A DNA stretch of 60,434 nt, the filler included, from Sphacelaria rigidula (Eukaryota): NCBI GenBank assembly GCA_964200075.2. It is 10 parts of 10 records of this genome, joined end to end, with 100 filler letters (N's around TTAATTAATTAA, not from the genome) between each part and the next. Parts side by side here need not be neighbours in the genome. Positions count along the whole stretch, not along the records: positions 48,429 to 54,381 come from CAXNAA020023256.1; positions 54,482 to 60,434 come from CAXNAA020023257.1; 8 more parts are not named here. The stretch is one strand, 5' to 3'. Below, in pieces: positions 49,316 to 60,434 of this stretch. Below the pieces are notes generated by a model that saw nothing but the letters and a program-made list of their open reading frames with translations, was not told where the DNA came from and made no database searches. Position 1 is the first letter of the stretch, and the number at the start of each line of letters is the position of its first letter. A program made the translations under genes and the position numbers.

Positions 49316-50040
49316 GCAAAAGCTGAAATGAGAGTGCAGCTCTATCCCAACCGACTACAGTATTTCTGAGTAAAGGGACGGAAGTTTTTGACGCTTTGTA
49401 CTTTGACGTCACCGAGAGATCGGCGATCTACTCGAGTATACAAATACTTGGAACTGTGTATATATATATATATATTGACGATCTCGAGGAGTCTTGAAAT
49501 CTTCGGAACAGAGTTCGTGGCAGAAGAACTGTGGGAGAAAATCTAATCCAGAGGCGTGGAAAAGGCTAGCATAACATAACATGTCCGGAAGACATGAAGG
49601 AAGGCTTAGCACCCTCCTACTGTATAACACTGGCCGGTCATTACCGAGATACCGTTCGCACTACAGTATAATATCCTCTTCACCTCGGTACCGACTTACT
49701 GGGTGTGCAGTGGTGTGCAGTGTTTTGGATGACGCGACGAGTAAGCACAGTTCGTGTGCTATGGCACCTACCTCATGGGGTGGAATATCGTAGCCGAAGG
49801 TCAATGTTATCCTTCAGGCAGCGAGGTCCTCGTTAACCCGGCATAGGCACTGTACACCACGACTTAACCAGTGGCGTCGTATCCGCACACTATAGACTGA
49901 GAGCACGCTCACTCAAAACACCGGGATGGTTGCTTTTACAAGTATCGAATCTAGTCGAACTGGGGCCTGCCCGGCGCTCAAGCCCTTACTTGTTCGTGCG
50001 TGTGTGTTTATCTGTTATGTTCTGTTGTGGGTGGAGGTAG

Positions 50041-50194
50041 GTGTCTGCACTGAGCACCCTCAAGTACGTGGACGCGTGGTGCGTGTTTTTCTGGGCCACG
50101 ACTCCGACCTTGGTTTGTCTGGCAACGTTCGCAACGCTGGTCGTCGTGCGGGGTGAGGGGGCAGCACCTCTCAGGGTGTCCTCTGTCTTCGCGG
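50041..50194 (+). CDS. ABCC (MRP7/ABCC10-like) transporter, TMD1 exon
   Basis: Encodes VSALSTLKYVDAWCVFFWATTPTLVCLATFATLVVVRGEGAAPLRVSSVFA (KYxDAWCVFFWATTP motif); donor gtgaga, phase 1. Confidence 0.9.
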
Positions 50195-53100
50195 GTGAGA
50201 ACTGTGCAAGGATTTGCCTCAGGGCACTCAAGTAGCGATGTGAGGGAAAGGTTGTTCAGAAGTAGAAACGATTATTTTCTCGCGGGCTGGTTCCGTTTTT
50301 GTGCTTTGCGCATGCACGCTCGCTCCCTTCTTATTCCCATTTCCATTTCGTTGTTTTTCCAACATGCGCTTTTTTTCCTTCGTTTTCTCTTGTCGTTTTT
50401 GGTTTGTGATCAAACCCTGCACTACTTTCCCCCTCAACTCCGCGCATGATTTTTTGGTTCAATGCATCGTGAAACGTGGCCATCCCCATAGATCAGTACA
50501 CTGCTGCTGCTTCGCACATGCAATTTGACGTAGTCGACGCGCCCCCATTCAGCGCATACACGACGGAGTATACTGCATGAAGGATGTTGGAGTTGGTGTG
50601 CTCCTTGCGCAATGATATGATGATATGATGAGGGATATGTACTGCGCCGGTACTGTACTGTACTCTACTGTAGGTTGGGCTGTTTCTGACAACATGAAAT
50701 ATAAGTACAGCTCCCGTGCAGACAGCAGACAGGACCTTACAACAATAGTACGGGTAGCGCCGTACAGCAGTGTCGACATCTATCAGTGTGGTGCAAGATC
50801 AGAAACATTCTCGAGGTAGGCCAGCACGGCGACACAAGTATCAACACCACGAAAGCATAGACGGAGGGTATGTTGTTTGGGGATGTCGCAGCAGTAGTGG
50901 GACCCGGCGTGCATCACCTGCGATGATATGGTGACACAGCCGAACCGTACCCTGATCGAACGAAGATGATACGTATGCTCCCGTTCTCTCTCCAGAGAGG
51001 AGCCTGGTGGCTAGAGATACGGTGACCATAGATAGTGTGTGGTGATGCGCGGGTTGGTTGGTTCTTGCGACGAGACGAACTAACCAATGAACGGATAAGA
51101 AAATCAGGAACATATCATGCCCGCCAGAAACGCAGATGACTTGAATGCTGTGTGTCCACTGTTCACTTCAGAATTGCCGCTCGGATTCGGTGTGCGGTAA
51201 ATCTGCGTTCGGAGATGTTGCTAATGCCGCCAACATAAAGAACGTCGGAATGCCAGGGCGCGGGGAGTTGCTTTGTGAACAAAGCCTCGAAACTTCATTG
51301 CGGAAAAAACACGTCGGCTTTCGTCCTTGTAATTTGGTCAACGGCTAATGAACAGATGAAGAGCTGACTCTTCGGGTACAATGGTTGCTGTTGCTGCTGG
51401 CTTATTCAGTATCCAACTAATTATTCCGTACCCAACTAGGAAAGGTCGGGAGTGCCGTCTACAAAAGGCGTTTAGTAAAAGAAACGCCAGATTCGGCACT
51501 TAGGCATGGGCCACATGAGGCGATAAGGCGATCTTTACTCGTTTCTCTCAAGGTACAGTACAGTACAGTACCGGCGCAGTATATATCCCTCGTTGATGTG
51601 CTGGAAGACTTCCGATCGAAAACGGTGTTTCTGGCGCATTTTTCCAATCCTGAACATCTGATCCCCACTAGTACCTGAAGCAGACGAAAACGTGAATGTA
51701 CGGCCTTTTCCAGACTGAACAGTACTCATAGCCAACATTTGATCATCTCAGGACCGTTCGTTGTCCGGCATCTCTATCGAAACAAAATTTACTTCTCTCC
51801 CTCTTCTGTTTCCCCGTTGTAGTTATCCTTCTTGTCAAGTTTTGCTAGAGTCAGTATTTTTATCCTTGCCTTAGGTGCGCAACTATCTCGTCGCCGCGGC
51901 TGGGTTGTTATATAACATAATATTGTATTAAATGAGAGTAGCGAATCACATAGTGTGAGGGCATCAGTTTTTTCTTTTATTTTCTGAGCGTGCCATACCA
52001 GTGTCATTTGCTATGTGGTTTGCATCTCCTTTCCTGCAGAGGTGGTGGCTGAATATCACTTCCTGCCCAGTAGTGCGATCTCCAGATAGCTGGGTCGCCA
52101 TCTGCTTTTATGATTTTATTTTCGTGCTGTGTATGAAATCTGAAGCCTCGACAGGAAGTTGACAGGAAGTGTGAGTGTGACCTGAGGAGAGTTCTCTCAG
52201 GACTGGTTCAAGCTAGCTCTTGGCTCTTGGCGGGGTGTCTATGTCATTGCTGCAGTTTTAGCGTTGTCTGTTTCCTCCTCTCTGTTTTCATGTTTCCCCT
52301 TTTGTCCAGTTTCCTTCTGCAGGCACGAGGCCTACTGTTTGTTTTACTGTACCTACGTACATCTATCTTGTGACTCACCGTTAACAGTAACGTCTACATT
52401 AACGTCTAATCGTCGCTGGGCTCGTAGAGAACCAGTTGATGTGCGACAATCGATCAGTCAGTCAGTCAATCCACCGAATGAGTCGAGGAGACGCGGTCTG
52501 GATTATGACGAGCTCCCCCCGAAATACTTTCGGTATGGAAGCTGTCGTCGTGGGAAAAGGCTCAGAAGCGTGGAACTGTGAGGGAAAAGTCATACTAACC
52601 AATACTAACAAACACTAGGCAACAGTAAGCAACAGTAACCAAGTGTCACTACGGTACCGTTTTCGAAGAGTATTGATCATTTTTATCCGTACGGCAGCTA
52701 CTCGGGCATCATATATATATATATATATATGGTAGGCATGATTCTGTTGTCAGCAACGTCCGTGGTTGTGTGATGGCTTCCCATCTAGACGAGGATGCCG
52801 AAAATGCCTAAATAGTTCACACGCCAACCTCTTGAATTTCGTCATGTTTATTGCTCGCCCCCTCTCTCTCTGTCGACGAGTACTTATTGAGACGAGTCTG
52901 TGGTCTCGAGGGATCAAGCTAACTGATTCTAGGTGATGCATGATGAAGTAATCAAGGCAGTCTTCTCCCTCCGCACTCTAATGCCCTGCGCTTTAGTACT
53001 GAACATGGCATCCGCACTCCCGCAGCCCATTGAGTTTCATTCAAGGTAACAACGACGTTGAAAGCTAAGATTGCGACAAACTCTTACTCCTTTGGTTGGT

Positions 53101-53330
53101 CGGGCACTGAAAAGGGCCTCTCGCGACTCCCCTCTTTTCCCAGGCTTTTCTTGGCTTTTCTTCGAGGTTCGTGCAAAAACAAAATGTGCCATCTTCCATC
53201 CTCTGCTTGAGTATTTTGCGTTCTTCTGTTGTTGTTTTTTTCGTCTCGCTGCTGCCAAACGCTACTTGCGCTTCCTTCTGTCTCTTCGCCTGTGCTTGCA
53301 TTTGGTTCGACTATTTTTGCTGTCACACAG

Positions 53331-53523
53331 CTATTTCTCTTTTACAGATGCTCATTCACCCCATGAACGCCTTTCCCTGGGTGATGAACGGAATCGTCGA
53401 AGCCAACGTGTCCAAAGCTCGACTGGAGAAGTTGCTGATGTCGCCGACCAAACCGGGTTCATCGGCAGTACCCGCTGGTCATTCCGCGAGGAGTGCACGA
53501 AACAAAGACGGAGGGCTGGACAG
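53331..53523 (+). CDS. ABCC10-like transporter, next exon
   Basis: In-phase continuation AISLLQMLIHPMNAFPWVMNGIVEANVSKARLEKLL. The 3' boundary (cag|gtcatt) is less certain. Confidence 0.88.
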
Positions 53524-54574
53524 GTCATTATTTTCACCTGCTGTGCAGTATGGGTCATGATAAAGTATTGCACCAAAAGACACGAGGTTGTGAATGTTAT
53601 CACTTCCCAACCGTGCTACCGTACTACCGTACTGTGTACAGCGGTACCAGTGGTTACCGTGTTGACCACGCTCTGCTATCGACTACCACTATACTATAAT
53701 ACCGATCTCGGTAGTACATACAGCCATAGAGTCATCAACGCCTGGACCTGGAGAAAGGTAAGCACCACCAAGGCAAGCTAGATTCTCGCAGCGAAATGCG
53801 GATAGACTTTGACAAAAACTCGGGGCGAAAAATTGGCAAAATTTATCCTATAGGGTCGGACGGCAGCAAAAATGGTGTTGTTTTTTGTCTCGAATAGTGC
53901 TGCAGAAATGTCGACTGTACTTTTTACCATTTACTCATTCCTTGCACTGTAGACGCTCAATATACTGGCAAGACGTGTACGGTGCGGGTGCTCATCGCTC
54001 AACGTCCCCCTATGGGAACAGCTTAGGCGATCGAAGGCTGCTATCTTTTGCATCGGTCCCTACGCACAAACCGTTCTCTCATAACCATGGCCTCACTCTG
54101 CAGACTACAAGGCTACGGGGTGACCGGTAACTTAGTACGAGCGTAGAGAAGCGACGGGGGCGATAATCCAAATCACCATCTCTGTGTGGAATAAGGTTGA
54201 TGCAGTCACGGTATACTGTAGCATGTAGCATTTAGTACGTAGTGTAGCTTGATAATGGTTCATACCTAGGATTTACCTACATCAAGTCTTGAAACACACA
54301 CAATCCCACCCCCCCCCCCTCCTCCTATGGTGAGGCACCCATGAGGCAGCGTATAAGCTGCGGCTGTCTCGGGAAGTGGCGNNNNNNNNNNNNNNNNNNN
54401 NNNNNNNNNNNNNNNNNNNNNNNNNTTAATTAATTAANNNNNNNNNNNNNNNNNNNNNNNNNNNNNNNNNNNNNNNNNNNNCGTTTACACACTAGACCAA
54501 ACTTTGCTTCGCCATCCAGGCGCACGCGAGATGTCGTAAGGGGCTGATGATCTATTGACATCGACCGTTCTCTC

Positions 54575-55140
54575 GAAAACCTGTAGCACAGACAGTATCC
54601 AGCGCAGAGATTACAGGATACTGTTGTCTGTGATGTCTCATGCAGTGAGTTGTAGGTGTCAGCTTGCACACAACAGTAGTACGCACGGCTGTAGTAAAAG
54701 TGATGCGTACAGCGTGAGAGATGTGAACAACGTGCAATTCAGACAACAGCAGGCAGTCCTGTGCTGTCTGTACTGCCGATTAAACAGTAGGATCCATATG
54801 CCATGCTGCACCCAACGGCTGCCGGAAGTGATTTGGACGACGTGCAGTGCAGACAGTATGTGGGTTGTACTGCCGCATTTAACAGTACAGTAGGATGGAA
54901 ATGTTAGTTTGCCAGTAGTACAACGGCTTTACTAACCATGATGTGGGCAAGGTGCAGTACAGACAGAACTAAGCAGTACAACACTGCCTGTTCTGCCTGC
55001 CGCATACGGCAGTATACATGCGCACATGTCAGGTTGGAGACGGTTATATACAACGGCTGCACTAGAAGTGATGTGGAGGAGTGTAGTACAGACGGTACTA
55101 GACAGTACAGTACTTTTGTCTGTACTGCCGCATACGTGAT
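54575..55140. repeat. Degenerate tandem array, ~110-130-bp units, 4-5 copies
   Basis: Recurring caacggct...gtgatgtg...gtgcagtacagac...tgtactgccgcat blocks. Confidence 0.7.
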
Positions 55141-55229
55141 ATGGCGATATAGATTGAAGATATCAGTTTGCGCACAGTGCGAGCTTGGCCAGCAGCGATC
55201 GGGGGAGGTCTACGTTTCACGTCTTTTTA

Positions 55230-56730
55230 CACAACCACAGGGAGCTTGGCATGTCAAAAGTCTTCAGGTCTTTGTACCTCGCCTTGGCCCGCACATTCCT
55301 TCGAATTCCGCTGACCGTCCTTTTGGTATGCCCCCACCCTTTTGGTACCCACCCCCTCAAAAAATATATTTGCAACCGTAAGCTAGGGTCAACATCTCCC
55401 ATAGTTTTTTCCTTGCGGTACCTTTTCCTCGTAATTTGTTGCAAAAAACGAGGGGGGAAAATGAACCGGAAGAAACGGCCTAAAATTATGTATATATATA
55501 TATATATATATATATTTTGTTCCGTGTTTTTCTTCGTGTTTTTTTGTGCAGAAGAATTCAGCATATGGAAAAACGTCTGGGCAGTCAGAGAGGGGTGTAT
55601 GTACAGGCTTGTTCAAGGGTATCACCCAAAGTAATATCATGAGCGAAAACCTGTTGCAATACCCACCCACCTGCCGCATAAGTGGTGTATCATATTGACC
55701 GCGATGAATAGACGAAGAGGGTGGCATAGCCGGATTTTTGGTGTCGCTTAGGGCGAAAATGTACCATGACCAATCAGCGCCCTTGAATTTGTTCTGAAAT
55801 TGAAAATACGAATTCTTCACCCAACGTCTACATGCCGAAAATCGTAGCAACTTTCATCAGGCGGAGAATCTAACGAAAAATACAGATTTGAAAACGGTCA
55901 CCATGGGATCGAGTTGTATTCCGTACCTTGGCATTTCGGGGATATGGGGATTTGGCGTCGTCGCGTTTCCGCTGATCATATCCACAAAATATCCAGACAG
56001 CCTCCGGTAGAAAAGCTCAGATTGCTCTCAAACTTTGCAGTTCCGCAGGCATTGGTGCTCCAAATGAGGAAAAAAAAGATGTACTGTCGAAAAATACTTT
56101 TATTTTTCTCTGCTCTTTACCGGCTTCCGGAGGTCAACGCGCGAAGACCCTCGGAACCCAGTACAGAGTGCCTCGAACACGTGTATGTATATATACGTCC
56201 CGGGGTAGTCCAAGGAAATATGTACAGATTTTCGTTGCGAAATTCGAAAACCTGATGCATTTTTTCTCGGATTAACGTTAAACATACTCGAAAAAGATGT
56301 TTTTATACTATAGTCAAGCAGGCAAGAGTATGCACGTTTCGTGCTCACTCCATCGCCCAAAAGCGCAAATGCTCACGCCGATTCTGGGAGTTAGACTCTG
56401 AAAACATGTACAATGAGACATTACAAAAAAAATGTATGGATGAGGTCTTTCAGATCTTTTTGCGCCAGTTCTCGGAAGTCCCAGGAGGGCATGTGAATCC
56501 CCACGACCCGGTGACCCCGGATAACTTGTGAAAAAACGTGGAAGATACCTCCATTCACACGAAGTGACGTAATGTTTCATCGGACATGCCGGAACGTTTT
56601 CAGAGCCAAACTCGAAGAATTGTCGCGGACATTCGTGGATGGCGAATTTTGGGTGATGAGCGTGAACCAGCCTGTACGGCGTGTAACTTCCGCCCTTTAT
56701 TATTTTTCCAGGAAACGTGTCTTGAACCAA
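55230..56730 (-). pseudogene. Decayed transposase, probably CACTA/Plavaka-type
   Basis: Ordered remnants across frameshifts: LLDYSIKTSF (cf. lysDkT), FLGLPRDV, LEHQCLR, FYRRLSGYFVDM (cf. PxLxxYxxD), CPDVF/HML (cf. PDxLH), RYKDLKTF. Confidence 0.45.
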
Positions 56731-57024
56731 CACAAGACGGTTGACTCCCCTCCTCTCCCTCCCCTTTCCTCGTCCCCCCCTCCGTTACACCTATGGCACC
56801 CCTGGATTATTACTCCATCGTGTATTGCAGTCTATGGACGATCACTCTACCTCCGGCGCGTGGAAATCAGACTACTTTTCGTCCAGCAGGTGATGACCAC
56901 GCCTTGTTTGTCTCGCGGTGTTGTTTGTTTTTTCGTTGGCAGGTGTCCATTTCTCGCCGCCTATCTCTGCCCCTGTCTCTGTCCCTGTCCCTGTCTCCCT
57001 CCTTCCCAGCCTTGCAGACGTGGG

Positions 57025-57265
57025 ACAGCTCGTGAGCTAGCTCATTTGTCGGCTTTAGCTCACCCAGGGTGAACATGCGTAGCTCATGTAGCTTTGATAG
57101 TTCACCCTCCCCAATCATGCGTAAATCACGTAACTCTCGTGGCTCACTCTGATCAAGATTTACGCAGCTCATGTGGCCCTCACAGCTCACCCAGGGCAAA
57201 CATGCGTAGCTCGTGTAGTTCTCATGGCTCAGTGGGAAGCTACACTACGAAAAGCTAGCTCCAGC
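57025..57265. repeat. Degenerate ~42-bp tandem repeat
   Basis: Variants of agctcacccaggg..aacatgcgtagctc.tgtag. Confidence 0.7.
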
Positions 57266-57849
57266 TATGGAGAGGTGATGCGTCCGAGGTGTGAAATCTT
57301 GCCCTTTTTTGTTTTTCATCGAGCGCGACCTCATCTTTTCTCTTCCCGTTTTCGATTTCAGCGGGACGAAAAAGTACAAAAGCTGCAATTGCCTGTCGCA
57401 TGTTCGCATCTGACGGATTGCAAGCTTGCAACACAGTAAAGGGCGCGTTGGGGGGGGGAGGGTATTTTGGGCCATTTTTTCCACGAAATTCCACCTTTGA
57501 TCGTCGTTGAAAGCAGTAACAGTAGTTCGAACGCGTCTGCTTCCGATTTGCAACGCTCACTCATACTGTTTTACATAGCTTTTACCCAAATACAAGCGCA
57601 CCGTGAGTCTGTTGGGTCGTCTGACGCACCTATGAGCCCATTTTTTCGTGGAATCGACCCCCCTCTCCCCCTATCGTAGAATGACTCACCTTGTACCCCT
57701 ATAATACAAATGCAACCCTATGATAGTAGGTTGGTCGTCTGACACACCTGAGAGCGCATGGTTGATATACATACAATGCCTTACCATGTACCTTCCCCCC
57801 GCTGCCCACGCGCCACTCGTGTTAATTTTTCAAATATTGAATATCATGA

Positions 57850-58059
<210 letters not shown>

Positions 58060-58643
58060 TGATGGTGATTTTTGAACACTTTCGGGCCCGGCTGTGGGCA
58101 ATTCGAGAAGTTGGGCGCTGAACTTTTGACACGATTTTTTTTTATCATTAATACGCACAACATTACGCGGGATGCCACGAAATAACAAGACAAAACAGAA
58201 GGTTCAAGTGATTTCAAGTTTGGACAAAATCTTGAAGAATGCTGTGACTCCGTGGAAATAAGTACATCGGCAACCCTCGTGTTGTTGTGCGTACCTGTGT
58301 GCAGGAGATCCTGGTGCACTTTCGGCCAAAAATTCCCTCAATTTGCCCAGGCGGGCACTTTTTGTGTGACACCGCTGCGCTCCTTTAACCCAAGTGATAC
58401 AGGAGACTCCAGTTATGGAGGTCACGGGTTCGAATCCCGACATATACCTCTTTTGTTCCGTCGGTAACATCATACATTATGCAGTACGTCTTTTTTTCTT
58501 CACTGTTTTTTTTCAGCGGCGGTGCGTGCGTTACCAGGTTGATCTGCAGTTCACACCGATATACTCAAGCCGGGCTGATTTGGTAAACTTGATAAGTTAT
58601 GGTGTGACATGCAAATGCGGGACCTACTGCTGGCCCAGCTCGT

Positions 58644-59280
58644 AGTCATGAGACCATTGACCTCGCATCCCTACAAAGCCGGGATGGAACACGCCGGGTT
58701 TTTACCAGACCAGGCTCGTGAACGGCCACAAAGCGCGAAGCGTCGTGATGTGTTCGGCGAGTCGCATGCAGGGTGAGCTGCATCCTGCTAAGGTTGTTCG
58801 GCCCAAGTGTACTGAATATCTTGCAGTTGGATGTCAGCCTCCAATGAGTTGCATCATTTTCTGGTATCGCCACCTCCAGAGACAGCCGCGGCTTGTACAT
58901 TGCTCCATGGGTGCCTCTCGATTCAAACTCTACGTAGTATGATAATCCCCTTTTGCAAGGATTTGGGGTTATCCCACCCCGCACAACATGATGTGGAGGT
59001 TGGGGGAGGGGAGGGGGAGGAGGGTACTCATTTTTTGCCTGCCTCAAGTCACTACGCATCCCTGTCGAGACGGAGCACCATTTCTACTACTCGTAGAGAT
59101 GGAATACAAGATTGGGGGTAGGAGGGGGGGGGTGTACTCATGATCATGCGTGCCATAGTCAAAAGATCATTGACCTCGCATCCCCACCCACAGAGCCGGG
59201 ACGGAGCACGCCGGGTTTTCGCGGGACCAGGCTCGCACTCAATCACCAAGCGCGAAGCGCCGTGGTGTGTTCGGCGAGTC
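58644..59280 (-). mobile_element. Head-to-tail array of three poly(C)-associated retroelement copies (58644-58991 subfamily 1, 59022-59110 subfamily 2, 59131-59280 subfamily 1)
   Basis: Same orientation, separated by G-rich runs. Other short copies at 40589-40647, 48429-48505, 54329-54381 and 58017-58040. Confidence 0.82.
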
Positions 59281-60434
59281 GGGGGTTGGAAGGGGGAGGG
59301 GGTGGGGGGGGAGCNNNNNNNNNGGGTTTTGCGGGGGCCGGGGCCCCCCCCAACCCCCAAGGCGGGGGGGGCGGGGGGGGGTGGGGGGGGGGGGGGGGGG
59401 GAGGGGGGGGGGGGGGGGGGGGGAGCTTTGGGCCATTTCTCGCATGAAGGAAGTCTCTTGGAAGTATCGCTGACTGCATTAAATCTATCTTGAATGGCAT
59501 TGGTGTCAACACAAGACATACATTCACATCGACTGAAAACGTTTGCAGCTGTATACCTTGACAAGCGCATGAGTGTGCGAGATCGTGTAGCAGATCCTTG
59601 AACATCCTTGTCTCGGGCAAATCAATCACATCAATCACCCCCCCCCCCCCATCGTAGCATCACTTCGCGTCGAACATGATGGTGTGCTCGTTGTGTAGCA
59701 GTAGACTGCTGTATGTATCTAGGAGATTTATACCACGGGGGTGAGGTTGTTCCGGGAGAGCGATGTAGTACCCGCTTAGCCGTCTCGGGCCACCCACTCC
59801 CTCTTCTGAAGTAGTTTTTTTTTCTCTCAGCAATTCGATGTCTCGTGCAGAAGGTGGTATAGTAGCACTGAATGAATGATCCCTGCCAAAGCTTCTCCAG
59901 GAAAATGTCGCGAACTATGAAATACTCCGGACGTCAAATTTTGACGCCCTACATGTTTCATGCATGTTTTGTTTGCCTTTGAAATGGTAATCTTCGCCGT
60001 CCAGATTCCGTGATTCTCTCTCTCTATATATATATATATTTTTTTTTTGCAAATCCCCTGGTAGAGAGGGTACTGTCAGTGGGTGGGAGCGGTGGCGAGG
60101 GGGGGGGGGCACGCCGCGACTGTTCGTAATCTGGTGTACTTGGTCATGTCATATCGGCTTGTTTGTCTGTTTGTTTTTGCGTTTGTTTTCTCTTTTTACT
60201 TCATTGGGCTGGAGTTTCCTTCAACAAGCGTTTTCCGTATTTTGGACTCATCTTGTAGGCGTCTATCTTCTGACCATAATACGAGCACTCACGATTGATC
60301 TCGTAGCGAATTAGGTGACGTGGGATAGTCATTCAATCATCAGATCTACCCAGCTATTGGAGTGTGTGTGTTGTCGTCCCATTTATTCTGGGCGCCAGTC
60401 TACACCTTTCGGTATATGTGGGCGCATCAGCCGG

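Noticed and set aside
53071..53781. Longest ORF in the track (236 aa)
   Set aside because: Overlaps the ABCC exon in a different frame and has no recognisable motifs.
58646..59059. 137-aa ORF in the poly(C) element, with a TLGPNNL stretch faintly like a GIY-YIG C-terminus
   Set aside because: The frame is not preserved between copies and the similarity is too short to support a call.

Overview
This window is not one locus. It is ten unrelated contigs of 5953-5954 bp, joined by an artificial 100-bp spacer (N44-TTAATTAATTAA-N44), so nothing can be inferred across the spacers. The DNA is eukaryotic, with short exons in long, repeat-filled introns. It is most likely from a brown alga (Phaeophyceae): this is inferred from the gene structure and from a tRNA-derived SINE at 41443-41801 that resembles the abundant Ectocarpus-type repeat as I recall it. 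Recognisable host exons: a PUB-domain protein, Aquarius (AQR) helicase, a spastin/fidgetin-type AAA ATPase, a CFAP157-like coiled-coil protein, DPM1, an ABCC10-like transporter and a USP deubiquitinase. There are also three identical tRNA-Asp(GTC) genes. The rest is mostly mobile DNA: tRNA-SINEs, an RTE LINE, several MITE families, and decayed Copia, Gypsy and probable CACTA/Plavaka-type coding remnants. The best candidate for an undescribed system is a high-copy non-coding retroelement of about 0.55 kb. It has a ~45-bp terminal direct repeat, a ~55-nt 3' tail, a fixed 3' end, variable 5' truncation and a strong association with (C)n runs. Copies of a related subfamily show 9-12 bp target-site duplications (TSDs). 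This architecture resembles non-autonomous Penelope-like elements. All family assignments come from reading motifs by eye; no database search was run.
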